A model generated the notes under the pieces. It saw only the letters and a list, made by a program, of their open reading frames with translations, had not been told where the DNA came from and ran no database searches. The position numbers and the translations under genes are program-made. Of a stretch of DNA of 64,000 nucleotides, positions 39,983 through 49,120 are shown piece by piece. Numbering within the stretch: the first letter of the stretch is position 1; each line of letters starts with the position of its first letter. The DNA is from Candidatus Multivoradales bacterium (GTDB taxonomy: Bacteria > Acidobacteriota > Thermoanaerobaculia > Multivoradales > JAHEKO01): contig CBDCVR010000015.1 in assembly GCA_965223155.1 (NCBI GenBank), positions 704,001-768,000 on the forward strand, given 5' to 3'.

Positions 39983-41275
39983 CTAGAGACGGCGCATCCG
40001 GATCCGCGCCTGGCGCCGCTCGCCGTCGAGCGCGACCCAGGCCAGAAACCGTTCGTCGCCGCGAGCCACCATCACCGGGAACCCACTGGCCCGCGCCGCG
40101 GACGTCTCGGCGACGGTCGAGACCGGACCGAGGCTGCCGTCCCTGCCAACCCTGCGTACCCGGATGGCGGCCCGGTCCTCAGCCGACGCCATCCAACTGA
40201 CCCAGGCACCGGTCACCTCGCCAGCCGCATCCTGATCGACCAAGACGTCGACGCGGCCCAGGGTCGGCTCGTCATTGACCGACACGGGCGGGCCGAACGT
40301 GCTGCCCGCGTCTCCCGAGAACGCGAGCTTCACCCGAGGCTCGTCATTGGCCGCGGTAAACCAAGCCACGGCCACGTCTCGACCCGACGCCGCCACCGCG
40401 GGCCCGTTGACCGGACAGCCTTCGATCGTCCAGCCGTCGGCGTGCACCGGCGCCGGCGCGGTCGCGCCGCCGCTCTCCAGCCGCACCGCGTACACGTCCC
40501 GAACCTCCTCTTCCGAGCGGTCCCGGTAGACCACCAGCGGTCCGTCCGCGGTCATCACGGCGTCGGTCGAACAGCACTCGCAAACGCGCGCGTCCACCAC
40601 GGACTCCTCAGAGCCGGTCTCATCGACTCGTGCGGTGCGGACGGTCATCGGCCCGCCCTCGACCATTTCCCGCCCGTCCAGCCAGAAAGCACGCACGCCG
40701 TCCGCCTCCGAAACGAACGAGACGAAGCCGTGCTCGGTGTCGGTGTCGTCCCGGTTGATCTTGCCGACCGGCGTCCAGCTCTGCCCGCCGCCCTCGGAGC
40801 GGGCCAGAAACGGTGAATACGCGTAGGTGTCCTCGCCGGTCTTGGCCAACCAGTGCACGTAGACCCGGCCGGCGGCATCGACCGCCGCCTCGGGGAAGTC
40901 GGCCCAGTTGGCGAAATGATCGTCGCCCTCGGCCACGGTCGAGGGTTCGCTCCAGAGCGAACCCTCGAAGCGGGCGAAGCGCACCCGGTGGACGGCGGGG
41001 CGCTCCTCGCCCTCTCGCCACTCGGGCTCGATCCAGGTCGCCAGGATCTCGCCGCCGGCATCGACCAGGTTGGGCGCGAAGGCGCCCGGTGCCGCGGGCG
41101 GATCGATCGCCGGATCGACGTCTTGCGTCTCGGCCGCTGGGCGAACCAGGTCGGCCGCGTCCTCGCCCGCCGGCGCTCCGCAAGCGCTCAGGACGCAGAC
41201 ACCAAGCAGGGCGACCGAGCCGGCAAAGCCGGCACGACCGAGCAATCGCCCCCGATCGACGCTCTCGAAACGCAC
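39983..41275 (-). CDS. Sialidase-like/BNR beta-propeller lipoprotein
   Basis: LSAC lipobox; NWADFP, SEGGGQSW, VCECC, GCPVNGP, SGDAGSTF; start uncertain. Confidence 0.72.
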   Translation of the reverse strand: MRFESVDRGRLLGRAGFAGSVALLGVCVLSACGAPAGEDAADLVRPAAETQDVDPAIDPPAAPGAFAPNLVDAGGEILATWIEPEWREGEERPAVHRVRFARFEGSLWSEPSTVAEGDDHFANWADFPEAAVDAAGRVYVHWLAKTGEDTYAYSPFLARSEGGGQSWTPVGKINRDDTDTEHGFVSFVSEADGVRAFWLDGREMVEGGPMTVRTARVDETGSEESVVDARVCECCSTDAVMTADGPLVVYRDRSEEEVRDVYAVRLESGGATAPAPVHADGWTIEGCPVNGPAVAASGRDVAVAWFTAANDEPRVKLAFSGDAGSTFGPPVSVNDEPTLGRVDVLVDQDAAGEVTGAWVSWMASAEDRAAIRVRRVGRDGSLGPVSTVAETSAARASGFPVMVARGDERFLAWVALDGERRQARIRMRRL

Positions 41276-41276
41276 C

Positions 41277-41849
41277 CTAGAACTGGATGACGCCGCAGGC
41301 GATCCGGCCACCGGCCGCGCCCGTGGGCTGGGACACCAAGTCGTCCGACTTCTCGTGCACGATCACCGCCTTGCCCAGAATCGACGTCGGTCCGTCGCCC
41401 AGGGTGATAAGGTCGGAGCTCAGCTCGGCATGACCTGCTCCGTCGGGTCCGATCACGATGTTGCCGAGATCGCCGGCATGCCGCTCGGCGTCCTCCGGAC
41501 CGCCATGGGGCACGTCCGCCGGGTTGAAGTGCCCGCCGGCCGAGGTGAAGTCCTCGGCGCTGCAATCACCGGTCTCGTGAATGTGCAGCCCATGCACGCC
41601 CTCCGGAAACTCCTCGAGGTGGGCAACGATCTCGACCATGCCGTCGGTTTCCACGAAGTTCACGACGCCGCCGCCCAATTCGCCCGCGCGCGGCTTGATC
41701 TGGGCCCAGGCCTTGACCTCGGCGGGCTCGACTGCCACCGTAGCGCTCGATTCCTCGGCCACTGGTGCCTCCTCGGCGGCCTGCTCGGCACAGGCCACGC
41801 CAACGGCAGCGACCAACACACTCAGGGTCAGGATCTTCTTCCAGTCCAT
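41277..41849 (-). CDS. sodC: Cu/Zn superoxide dismutase lipoprotein
   Basis: HGLHIHE.GDC, SAGGHFNP, HAGDLGNI, GAAGGRIACG. Confidence 0.95.
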   Translation of the reverse strand: MDWKKILTLSVLVAAVGVACAEQAAEEAPVAEESSATVAVEPAEVKAWAQIKPRAGELGGGVVNFVETDGMVEIVAHLEEFPEGVHGLHIHETGDCSAEDFTSAGGHFNPADVPHGGPEDAERHAGDLGNIVIGPDGAGHAELSSDLITLGDGPTSILGKAVIVHEKSDDLVSQPTGAAGGRIACGVIQF

Positions 41850-41888
41850 AGCTACCTCCTTCTCGAAACGAAGCGCTAGTGTACATGG

Positions 41889-42575
41889 CTAGGACTGGGC
41901 TGCTTCGAGCGCCAGCCGGATCTTGAGACCCTTGCGGTTGACCACGATCTCGAGGGGTAGCGCGCGCTCGTCGTCGGTGAGGAGGAGATCCAGGCTGCCG
42001 TGCCAGCGCAGCCGTCCGGGCAAGGCCAGCGGCCGGAGCGCGTAGGCGCGGGCCGCCACCGGCTCGCCCTGCCACTCGACCAGGCGGCGGGCTCCGGGAA
42101 GCACCTCCACCGGATAGACCCGGCCGCTCGACCAGATCTCCGCCCGCGCCGGTTCCTCCGGACGCTCGCGCCGCAGATAGTAGATGCTCGCCGCCAGATC
42201 CAAGGCGTCGGTCTCTCCTGTGGTGCGATCCTTGCGCCGCCTCTCTCCTCGAAAATGCTGCTCCGACCAAGCCCGAACGATGCGCCGCTCGCCGGGCTCG
42301 AGCTCCGAGCCGTAGAGCCAGTACTCGTCCTTCCGTCCGTCCCGAGACGAGATCAGAAGCTCGGTCGCCAAACCGCCGCTTGCCGACGGCCGCGTCGTCA
42401 ACCGGCCTTCGCCGCGCCCCGGCACGACCACCCGCGCCACCAGGCCCTTGAAGCCGCGAAGCGTCCACGAGTACGAGAGCTCCTCCCGGGCCGGCGGCTC
42501 GGAGGCTCCCGCCGGCCCGGCTCCGGACAGCACCAGAGCAACCGCCAAGACAACCGCTCGACCCTTCCAAACCAT
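41889..42575 (-). CDS. Exported DUF3108-like protein
   Basis: Signal peptide; EELSY, ALDLAASIYYLR, LTDDERALP. Confidence 0.65.
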   Translation of the reverse strand: MVWKGRAVVLAVALVLSGAGPAGASEPPAREELSYSWTLRGFKGLVARVVVPGRGEGRLTTRPSASGGLATELLISSRDGRKDEYWLYGSELEPGERRIVRAWSEQHFRGERRRKDRTTGETDALDLAASIYYLRRERPEEPARAEIWSSGRVYPVEVLPGARRLVEWQGEPVAARAYALRPLALPGRLRWHGSLDLLLTDDERALPLEIVVNRKGLKIRLALEAAQS

Positions 42576-42753
42576 GGCACCATGCTACCTAGCAAGAAGG
42601 CCGCCAGGTCCACTTGGGTACGGGAGAACCTTGGGAAGAGACTCAGGCACCCGCGGCAACGCTCGCCCTAGCGAGGCAACTTGGCTTCCCTGTATCCGCC
42701 CGGTACGCTCCGTTGCGTTCGCCTCGATCTGCGGAACTACGCGGAGGATTCTC

Positions 42754-45444
42754 ATGATCTTGGACTTCACCCATTCAGCCTGGATTCGTCGAACCTCGCG
42801 GAGGGCCCAGTGGGCTCGCGGCCGGTCTGGCTCCGCGCTCACTGCGGGTTGGCTGGCTCTGGCCTTGGTCGTGGGCGGCTCCGGCCTGTTGCTTACCGCA
42901 GGCCCCGTACAAGCGGAAGGGCTGGTCGCTCCGGAGGCCTTTTTCGGCCACCCGATCGGAGCGGATCGGAAGCTCGCGCCGTATCCAAAGATCCTCGACT
43001 ACCTGCGCCATGTCGCCGAGGGCTCGGACCGCATCTCGATCGACGAGCTGGGCGACTCGACTCTGGGCAACCCGATGTGGGCCGTGGTCTTGACCTCGCC
43101 GGCGAATCAAGCCCGGCTCGAGGCGATCCGGGCGACCTCGCGCCGGCTCGCCAACGGCGACCGGCTGGCCGGCGACGAGGCCCAGGCGCTCATCGACGAG
43201 GGCAAGGTCGTGGCCCTCGTCACCTGCACGATTCATTCGACCGAGGTCGGCTGTACCCAGATGGCCGCCGAGTTCGCGCATGAGTTCGCCACCACCGAGG
43301 ATCCGAAGAAGACCGCCTGGATGGACGACGTGGTTCTGCTACTCATGCCGTCGATCAATCCGGACGGCCAGGTCCTGGTCATCGACTGGTACGAGAAGCA
43401 TCTTGGCACACCGTTCGAAGGCGGGCGCATGCCGTGGCTCTACCAGCACTATGTCGGGCACGACAACAACCGCGACTTCTACATGCTGACCCAGAAGGAA
43501 ACTCAGGTCGTGAATGATCTTCTCTACCGCGACTGGTTCCCGCAGGTCTTCGTGGACGAGCACCAAATGGGCTCGACCAGCGTGCGCATGTTCGTCCCGC
43601 CTCAGACCGACCCGCTGGCGCCCGAGGTCCATTCGCTCATCTTCCGGCAGGCCGATCTCATCGGCACCAACATGTCGTACCGCCTGGAAGAGGCCGGCAA
43701 GCTCGGGGTCGGACACAACATGATCTACGACAGCTACTGGCCCGGCGGCACGCGCAACACCGCCTGGTGGAAGAACGTCACGGGACTCTTGACCGAGGTC
43801 GCGAGCGTGCGTATCGCGACTCCGATCTACATCGATCCGGGCGAGCTGGTCGGCGGCCGCAAGGGCCTGCCCGAGTACAAGCGGCGGGCCAACTTCCCGT
43901 CGCCCTGGCCGGGCGGCTGGTGGCGCCTGCGCGACATCGTGGACTACGAGCTGGTCGCGACCTGGGCGCTTCTGGAGTCCGCTTCCCAGTACCGCGAGGA
44001 GATCCTCGCCAATTTCTCCACCATGGCCCGGGAGGCGGCCGCGGCCGGGGCTTCCGAGGCTCCCTACGCCTGGATCGTGGATCCGGAACAGCACGATCCG
44101 GTGGCCGCTGGCCGGCTGGTCGAGCTACTCCTGCGCCACGGCGTGCGAGTCGAGGTCGCGCGCCAGCCGTTCACGGTCGGACGCACCGCCTACCCGGCGG
44201 GAACCCACGTGGTGCCGGCGGCGCAGCCCTACCGGGCGTTTCTTCTCACCATGCTGCGGCCCCAGCGTTATCCCGAGGTGCGGCCGTACGTGGACGGACC
44301 GATCTTTCCGCCCTACGACGTCACGTCCTGGTCGCTGCCGATCTCGATGGGCGTCTCGGTGACCGAAAGCGGCGAGCCGCTCGACGGCCTCTTCGAATCC
44401 GTCTCCGTGGCCCAGTGGCAGACCGCCGAGGTCGGGTTTTCCGAAGCCGGCTACCTGCTGTCCCACGCAGAGGACTCGGCGTTTACGGCGCTCAACCGCG
44501 CCCTGGCGGACGGCGGCGAGGCCTACTTCCTGGCCGAGCCCGGCACCACGGCATCGGTCGGAGACATCTACCTGCCGGCCTCGACGGTCACCGATGACGA
44601 TCTCAACCGCTGGGCGGGGGAGTTGCACTTCCAGCCGCGCGCACTCGAACGCGCGCCGGCGGGCTCCGCCTACCGCGTCCAGCCGCAGCGGGTGGGCCTC
44701 TTCAAGCCCTGGGTGGCCTCGATGGACGAGGGCTGGACCCGATTTGTCCTCGAGAACTACGAGTTCCCGCTGACCAACTTGGACAACGAAGCGGTCAAGA
44801 CCGGCGCCTTCACGGAGACCACCGACGTCCTGCTTCTGCCCGACGTCGCACCCTCGATCCTCGAGACCGGGCGACCTGAGTCGGCCGAGCGCAGGCGCTT
44901 CGTCTCGCCGCTGCCCGAGCCCTACGCCGGCGGCATCGGCGACGAGGGCAAGGAGGCCATCGCCTCCTGGGTGCGCGCCGGTGGAACGCTGGTGGCTTTG
45001 GATTCGTCCACCGACTTCGCCATCGAGCTTTTCGACCTGCCGGTCCGGAACGTCGCCAAGGGCGCCGGCATCAATGCTCCAGGCACCCATGTACGCATCC
45101 TTGTCGATACCGAGCATCCGCTGGGGTACGGCATGCGGCCCGAGGAAGCCGCCTACTTCGCGCGCTCGCCGATCTTCCGCACCTCGGTGCCCGACGGACG
45201 CTTCGACCGGCGGGTAGTGGCCCGCTATCCCGACCACCGGGACGACGTCATGGTGTCCGGGTTCCTGGAGGGCGCCGAGCATTTCGAGCGGCGGGCGGCG
45301 GCGGTCGAGTATTCGGTCGGCGAAGGCACGGTCGTCTTGATCGGCTTCCGAGCCCAGCACCGGGCGCAGCCGCTGCGCACCTTCAAACTCTTGTTCAACG
45401 CCCTGCTCTACGGCGGCTTGGAAGAGGTCACGCTCGAGCCCTGA
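42754..45444 (+). CDS. M14-family zinc carboxypeptidase with C-terminal glutamine-amidotransferase-like domain
   Basis: IHSTE, NPDG, GHDNNRD, DEHQMG, DEGWTR; GGAGGA RBS. Confidence 0.88.
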   Translation: MILDFTHSAWIRRTSRRAQWARGRSGSALTAGWLALALVVGGSGLLLTAGPVQAEGLVAPEAFFGHPIGADRKLAPYPKILDYLRHVAEGSDRISIDELGDSTLGNPMWAVVLTSPANQARLEAIRATSRRLANGDRLAGDEAQALIDEGKVVALVTCTIHSTEVGCTQMAAEFAHEFATTEDPKKTAWMDDVVLLLMPSINPDGQVLVIDWYEKHLGTPFEGGRMPWLYQHYVGHDNNRDFYMLTQKETQVVNDLLYRDWFPQVFVDEHQMGSTSVRMFVPPQTDPLAPEVHSLIFRQADLIGTNMSYRLEEAGKLGVGHNMIYDSYWPGGTRNTAWWKNVTGLLTEVASVRIATPIYIDPGELVGGRKGLPEYKRRANFPSPWPGGWWRLRDIVDYELVATWALLESASQYREEILANFSTMAREAAAAGASEAPYAWIVDPEQHDPVAAGRLVELLLRHGVRVEVARQPFTVGRTAYPAGTHVVPAAQPYRAFLLTMLRPQRYPEVRPYVDGPIFPPYDVTSWSLPISMGVSVTESGEPLDGLFESVSVAQWQTAEVGFSEAGYLLSHAEDSAFTALNRALADGGEAYFLAEPGTTASVGDIYLPASTVTDDDLNRWAGELHFQPRALERAPAGSAYRVQPQRVGLFKPWVASMDEGWTRFVLENYEFPLTNLDNEAVKTGAFTETTDVLLLPDVAPSILETGRPESAERRRFVSPLPEPYAGGIGDEGKEAIASWVRAGGTLVALDSSTDFAIELFDLPVRNVAKGAGINAPGTHVRILVDTEHPLGYGMRPEEAAYFARSPIFRTSVPDGRFDRRVVARYPDHRDDVMVSGFLEGAEHFERRAAAVEYSVGEGTVVLIGFRAQHRAQPLRTFKLLFNALLYGGLEEVTLEP

Positions 45445-45560
45445 GGCGCAGGCCCCAGAGGGGAGCCGTGCCCGAGCTCGCCGCATCTCGGCGGCCGGAT
45501 TTCTGCAAGTTCGCCGGGGCTTCCCCATCCTCCGAAGATTCCGGTACACTTACAAAGTTC

Positions 45561-45890
45561 ATGTGGAGCGTCCTGCGAGTCGGGGTCCTTGCCGCACTCC
45601 TCGGAGTCGCGCTGCTGCTGCCGTCACCCGCCGCCGAAGCCCAGTGCTTGGACGCCGAGGCCTGCGCGGAGTTGAAGGCCGAGATCGGCAAGCTCCGGCC
45701 CGATCTGCGGGATCTGCGCCGGCAGGCCAAGCGTCTGCGCCGCGCCTTTGCGAGCCTCGAGCCCGAGTCCGATGAGTGGCTCGAGGCACGCCGGGAGCTG
45801 CGCAAGCTCAAGCGGGAGGCCCGTGCGCTACGCCGCTCCGCCCGCGCCCTGCGCCGCGACTTCCGGCATCAGGGCTGCCTGAACTGTTAG
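45561..45890 (+). CDS. Small secreted basic coiled-coil protein with four Cys
   Basis: Signal peptide AEA-Q; C-x5-C at the start and CxxC at the end. Confidence 0.65.
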   Translation: MWSVLRVGVLAALLGVALLLPSPAAEAQCLDAEACAELKAEIGKLRPDLRDLRRQAKRLRRAFASLEPESDEWLEARRELRKLKREARALRRSARALRRDFRHQGCLNC

Positions 45891-45945
45891 CCTCGGAAAC
45901 TGGTCCGCCTATCCGCCGGGACAAGGCGCGGACCGGGACGGAATC

Positions 45946-47307
45946 ATGCTCAAAGGCTGGGGCGGCATCTCTTCACCCGCGCGCGAGATCGCCTCGGACG
46001 ATCTCGCCGCCGCCACTCGTGGCGCTGTCCTGACCCGCGGCCTGGGCCGCTCCTATGGCGACTCGTCCCTGCCCCCCGACGCCGACTCGCGCGTGGCCTC
46101 GAGCGTGCTCGCCGACCGCATCGTCTCGTTCGACGACACCAGCGGCCTCTTGATCGCCGAGGCGGGCTTGTCGATCGGAGCCATCCAGCGGATCTTCCTG
46201 CCCCGGCGCTGGTCCTTCCCCGTCCTGCCGGGAACCCAGTTCGTCACCTTGGGAGGCGCCGTCGCCGCCGACGTCCACGGCAAGAACCACCACGTTGAAG
46301 GCACCGTCGGCCGCCACGTTACCGCGCTCAAGCTGCGGCTCGCCGACGACCAGATCGTCAAGTGCAGCCGCGAGGTCGAGGCCGATCTTTTCGCCGCCAC
46401 CCTCGGCGGCATGGGCTTGACCGGGCACATCCTCGAGGTCGCGGTGCGACTCGAGCGCATTCCTTCCCCCTGGATCTGGGCCGAGAGCGAGCGCGTCGTC
46501 GGGCTCGACGCCTTCGTCGAGACCCTGCGCCGCTCGGCCGACGACTGGCCGTTCACGGTGGGCTGGCTCGATGCCCTGGCCAGTGGCGCCAACCTCGGAC
46601 GGGGCATCATGATCCGTGGCCGCTGGGCCCGGCCCGAGGAAGCACCGGACGCGCCGCCCGCGCCCAAGCGCCGGGTCACGGTTCCGTTCCCCCTGCCTGG
46701 ATTCGTGCTCAACTCCCTTTCCATGCGCGCCTTCAACACGCTCTACTACCACCGGCACCCGCGCCGCCCGCGCCGGGGCATCGAGCACCCCGAGTCGTTC
46801 TTCCACCCGCTCGACGCCATCCGGCACTGGAACCGGATCTACGGCCGGGGCGGCTTCACCCAGCACCAGTGCGTACTGCCCGAACAGGACCGGCCCGGCG
46901 CCACCCAGCGCTATCTCGAACGCCTGGTGGCAAGCGGCGCCGGCTCGTTTCTGTGCGTCATCAAGGACTGCGGACCGGAGGGCGAAGGCGTGCTCTCGTT
47001 TCCGCGGCCGGGAATCTCGATCGCGGTGGATCTGCCGGTGCGCCGCACGACGCAGAGCCTCGTCGACGAGCTCAACCAGCGCGTCCTGGCGGAGGGCGGC
47101 CGCATCTACCTGGCCAAGGACTCCTTCACCCGGGCGCGGGATTTCCAGGCCATGGAGCCGAGGCTCGAGCGCTTCCGCCGGATCCGGGCCCAATGGGACC
47201 CCGCCGGGCGGCTGGCGAGTGCCCAGTCCCGGCGGCTCTTCGAGCCCGCCGGAGCCGAAAGCGTCGAGCCCGCGGCGCTCTCCAAGCCGCTCGAGGGCCT
47301 GGCATGA
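45946..47307 (+). CDS. DprE1-like FAD-dependent oxidoreductase
   Basis: RGLGRSYGD, PGTQFVTLGGA.AADVHGKNHH, WNRIYG..GF.Q.Q, GRIYLAKD. Confidence 0.88.
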   Translation: MLKGWGGISSPAREIASDDLAAATRGAVLTRGLGRSYGDSSLPPDADSRVASSVLADRIVSFDDTSGLLIAEAGLSIGAIQRIFLPRRWSFPVLPGTQFVTLGGAVAADVHGKNHHVEGTVGRHVTALKLRLADDQIVKCSREVEADLFAATLGGMGLTGHILEVAVRLERIPSPWIWAESERVVGLDAFVETLRRSADDWPFTVGWLDALASGANLGRGIMIRGRWARPEEAPDAPPAPKRRVTVPFPLPGFVLNSLSMRAFNTLYYHRHPRRPRRGIEHPESFFHPLDAIRHWNRIYGRGGFTQHQCVLPEQDRPGATQRYLERLVASGAGSFLCVIKDCGPEGEGVLSFPRPGISIAVDLPVRRTTQSLVDELNQRVLAEGGRIYLAKDSFTRARDFQAMEPRLERFRRIRAQWDPAGRLASAQSRRLFEPAGAESVEPAALSKPLEGLA

Positions 47308-48044
47308 ACGTCGTTCTGCTGGGAGGTACCCGCGGCATGGGCCGCGCGCTGGCGCGCTTGATGGCCGCCCGTGGCGACCGGCTCTTTCTCATCGGCAGAA
47401 CTTCCGCCGATCTCGAGGCGAGCGCCGCCGATCTCGCCGCCAGAAGCTCCGAGGGCCTTCGCATCGGCACGGCGCGCTGCGACCTACTCGAGCCGGAGAC
47501 CTTCAGCCCGGCGCTCGCCAAGGCCGAGGCCACCCTGGGCGGCATCGACTGCGTGGTGGTGACGGCGGGGCTCTTCGCGACCCAGGACGAGCTCGAGGCG
47601 GACCCCGAGGGCCTGCGCAGGGTGCTCGATGCCGATTTCGCCCGCACGGTCGAATTCTGTGAAGAGGCCCGCAAGCGGCTCCTGGCCGGAGGCGGTGGAA
47701 CGCTCTGCGTCTTCTCCTCGGTGGCCGGTGAGCGGGGACGCAAGCCCGTCGTCCTCTACGGCGCCGCCAAGGCCGGTCTCACCCACTACCTCGAAGGGCT
47801 CGACCACAAGTTCCACGACCAGGGCCTGGCCGTCGTTTGCGTCAAGCCGGGCTTCGTCAAGACCGGCATGACCGCGGGCCTCGATCCACCGCCCTTTGCC
47901 GGTGAGCCCGAGGCGGTCGCCCGGCGCGTGCTCCGCGCCATCGATCGCAAGACTCCGGTGGTCTACGCTCCCGCCGCCTGGCGCTGGATCATGCTGGTGA
48001 TCCGCAACCTGCCCCGCGCGGTCATGCGCAGGATCGGCTTCTAG
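47304..48044 (+). CDS. DprE2-like short-chain dehydrogenase
   Basis: LLGGTRGMG, SSVAGERGR, YGAAK, KPGFV.T.MT; ATGA overlap with the upstream gene. Confidence 0.85.
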   Translation: MNVVLLGGTRGMGRALARLMAARGDRLFLIGRTSADLEASAADLAARSSEGLRIGTARCDLLEPETFSPALAKAEATLGGIDCVVVTAGLFATQDELEADPEGLRRVLDADFARTVEFCEEARKRLLAGGGGTLCVFSSVAGERGRKPVVLYGAAKAGLTHYLEGLDHKFHDQGLAVVCVKPGFVKTGMTAGLDPPPFAGEPEAVARRVLRAIDRKTPVVYAPAAWRWIMLVIRNLPRAVMRRIGF

Positions 48045-48054
48045 CCAGCTCGTC

Positions 48055-48963
48055 TCAGCGCCGTTCGGAGCCGGAAGCCGCAACCGGCGGAACCTCCAGC
48101 TTGGCTGCCCCCGAGACCTCGAGCGAATCGGCCTCGGCCAAGAACGCCACCAGGGTCAAGCCGTCGCGGCGCCAGGACGGATCGAGGGCGATGCGAGCCG
48201 AGCGTTCGCCGGAGGCTCCAATCTGGCCCCCTACCCTCTCCAGGTGCCGGACGACATGATCGTTGCGCAGGGTCTTCCGGGCGTTCTCGCCACGACCGAC
48301 CGCCGTCACGAGATCGCGCTCGGCGACGGCCAGGAAGAGCTCGAGCGCTCCACGCTCCGGCACCGAAGCCGCCGTCCAGCCCACTCGGACCACGAGCTCG
48401 CCGGCGGCGCTCGCGGCAAGAAGATCCAGCTTGGCCCGGCCCGGGCGGCGCGCGGCTCGGGCCAGCAACTCTTCGACCCGTGGGCGGTTGGAGCCCACCG
48501 TCTCGGAGCGGCCGTCGATCACCACCTGCGGCGTGTAGATGCGGTTGCTGCCAAAGCGCCGAGCGTAGGCTCGTTGCCGTTCGGACCAGAGCTTCGACGA
48601 GAAGGGATCGGTCCAGCCGATGTAGTTCCAGTAGTCGACGTGGAAGGACAGCGGGATGAGGTCGTCGTGGCGGCCGAGCTCGGTCAAGAGCCGATCCGCG
48701 GGCGGGCAGCTCGAACAGCCCTGGGAGGTAAATAGCTCGATCAGAATGCCGTTGGTGCCTCGGAGCCCGGACTCGCTGGAGTCCCTGGCCCTGCTGGCCC
48801 TGCTGCCGCTGATGCCTCCGCTGCCTCCACTGGCTCCACTGACTCCGCTGCCTCCACTGACTCCGCTGGCTCCGCTGCCTCCGCTGGCTCGAGTACCTGT
48901 AGCGACAAGACCGGCCAGGCCCCCGAGTACGACGACCATACCGATCGCGAGTTTGCCGTGCAT
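48055..48963 (-). CDS. DUF1223 thioredoxin-fold exported protein with Gly/Ser linker
   Basis: ELFTSQGCSSCPPAD, FHVDYWNYIGW.DPF, YTPQ. Confidence 0.9.
   Translation of the reverse strand: MHGKLAIGMVVVLGGLAGLVATGTRASGGSGASGVSGGSGVSGASGGSGGISGSRASRARDSSESGLRGTNGILIELFTSQGCSSCPPADRLLTELGRHDDLIPLSFHVDYWNYIGWTDPFSSKLWSERQRAYARRFGSNRIYTPQVVIDGRSETVGSNRPRVEELLARAARRPGRAKLDLLAASAAGELVVRVGWTAASVPERGALELFLAVAERDLVTAVGRGENARKTLRNDHVVRHLERVGGQIGASGERSARIALDPSWRRDGLTLVAFLAEADSLEVSGAAKLEVPPVAASGSERR
48784..48890. repeat. 9-bp-period coding minisatellite (SGG/SGA/SGV repeats)
   Basis: Repeated CTCC(G/A)CTG units. Confidence 0.8.
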
Positions 48964-49120
48964 GCCTGATCTTACGGGCGGGGCGGGCGGACGGTTCGCC
49001 TCGCCGGGTCCGTGGCAAGATCGCCCGATGGCGGAGGTTCGGAACCGAGCAAACGAGGCGCGTCGGCGTTCCCGATGCCTTGTCAGAGCCACCGGCCTCG
49101 GCCTCAGGAAGCCTCCTGGA

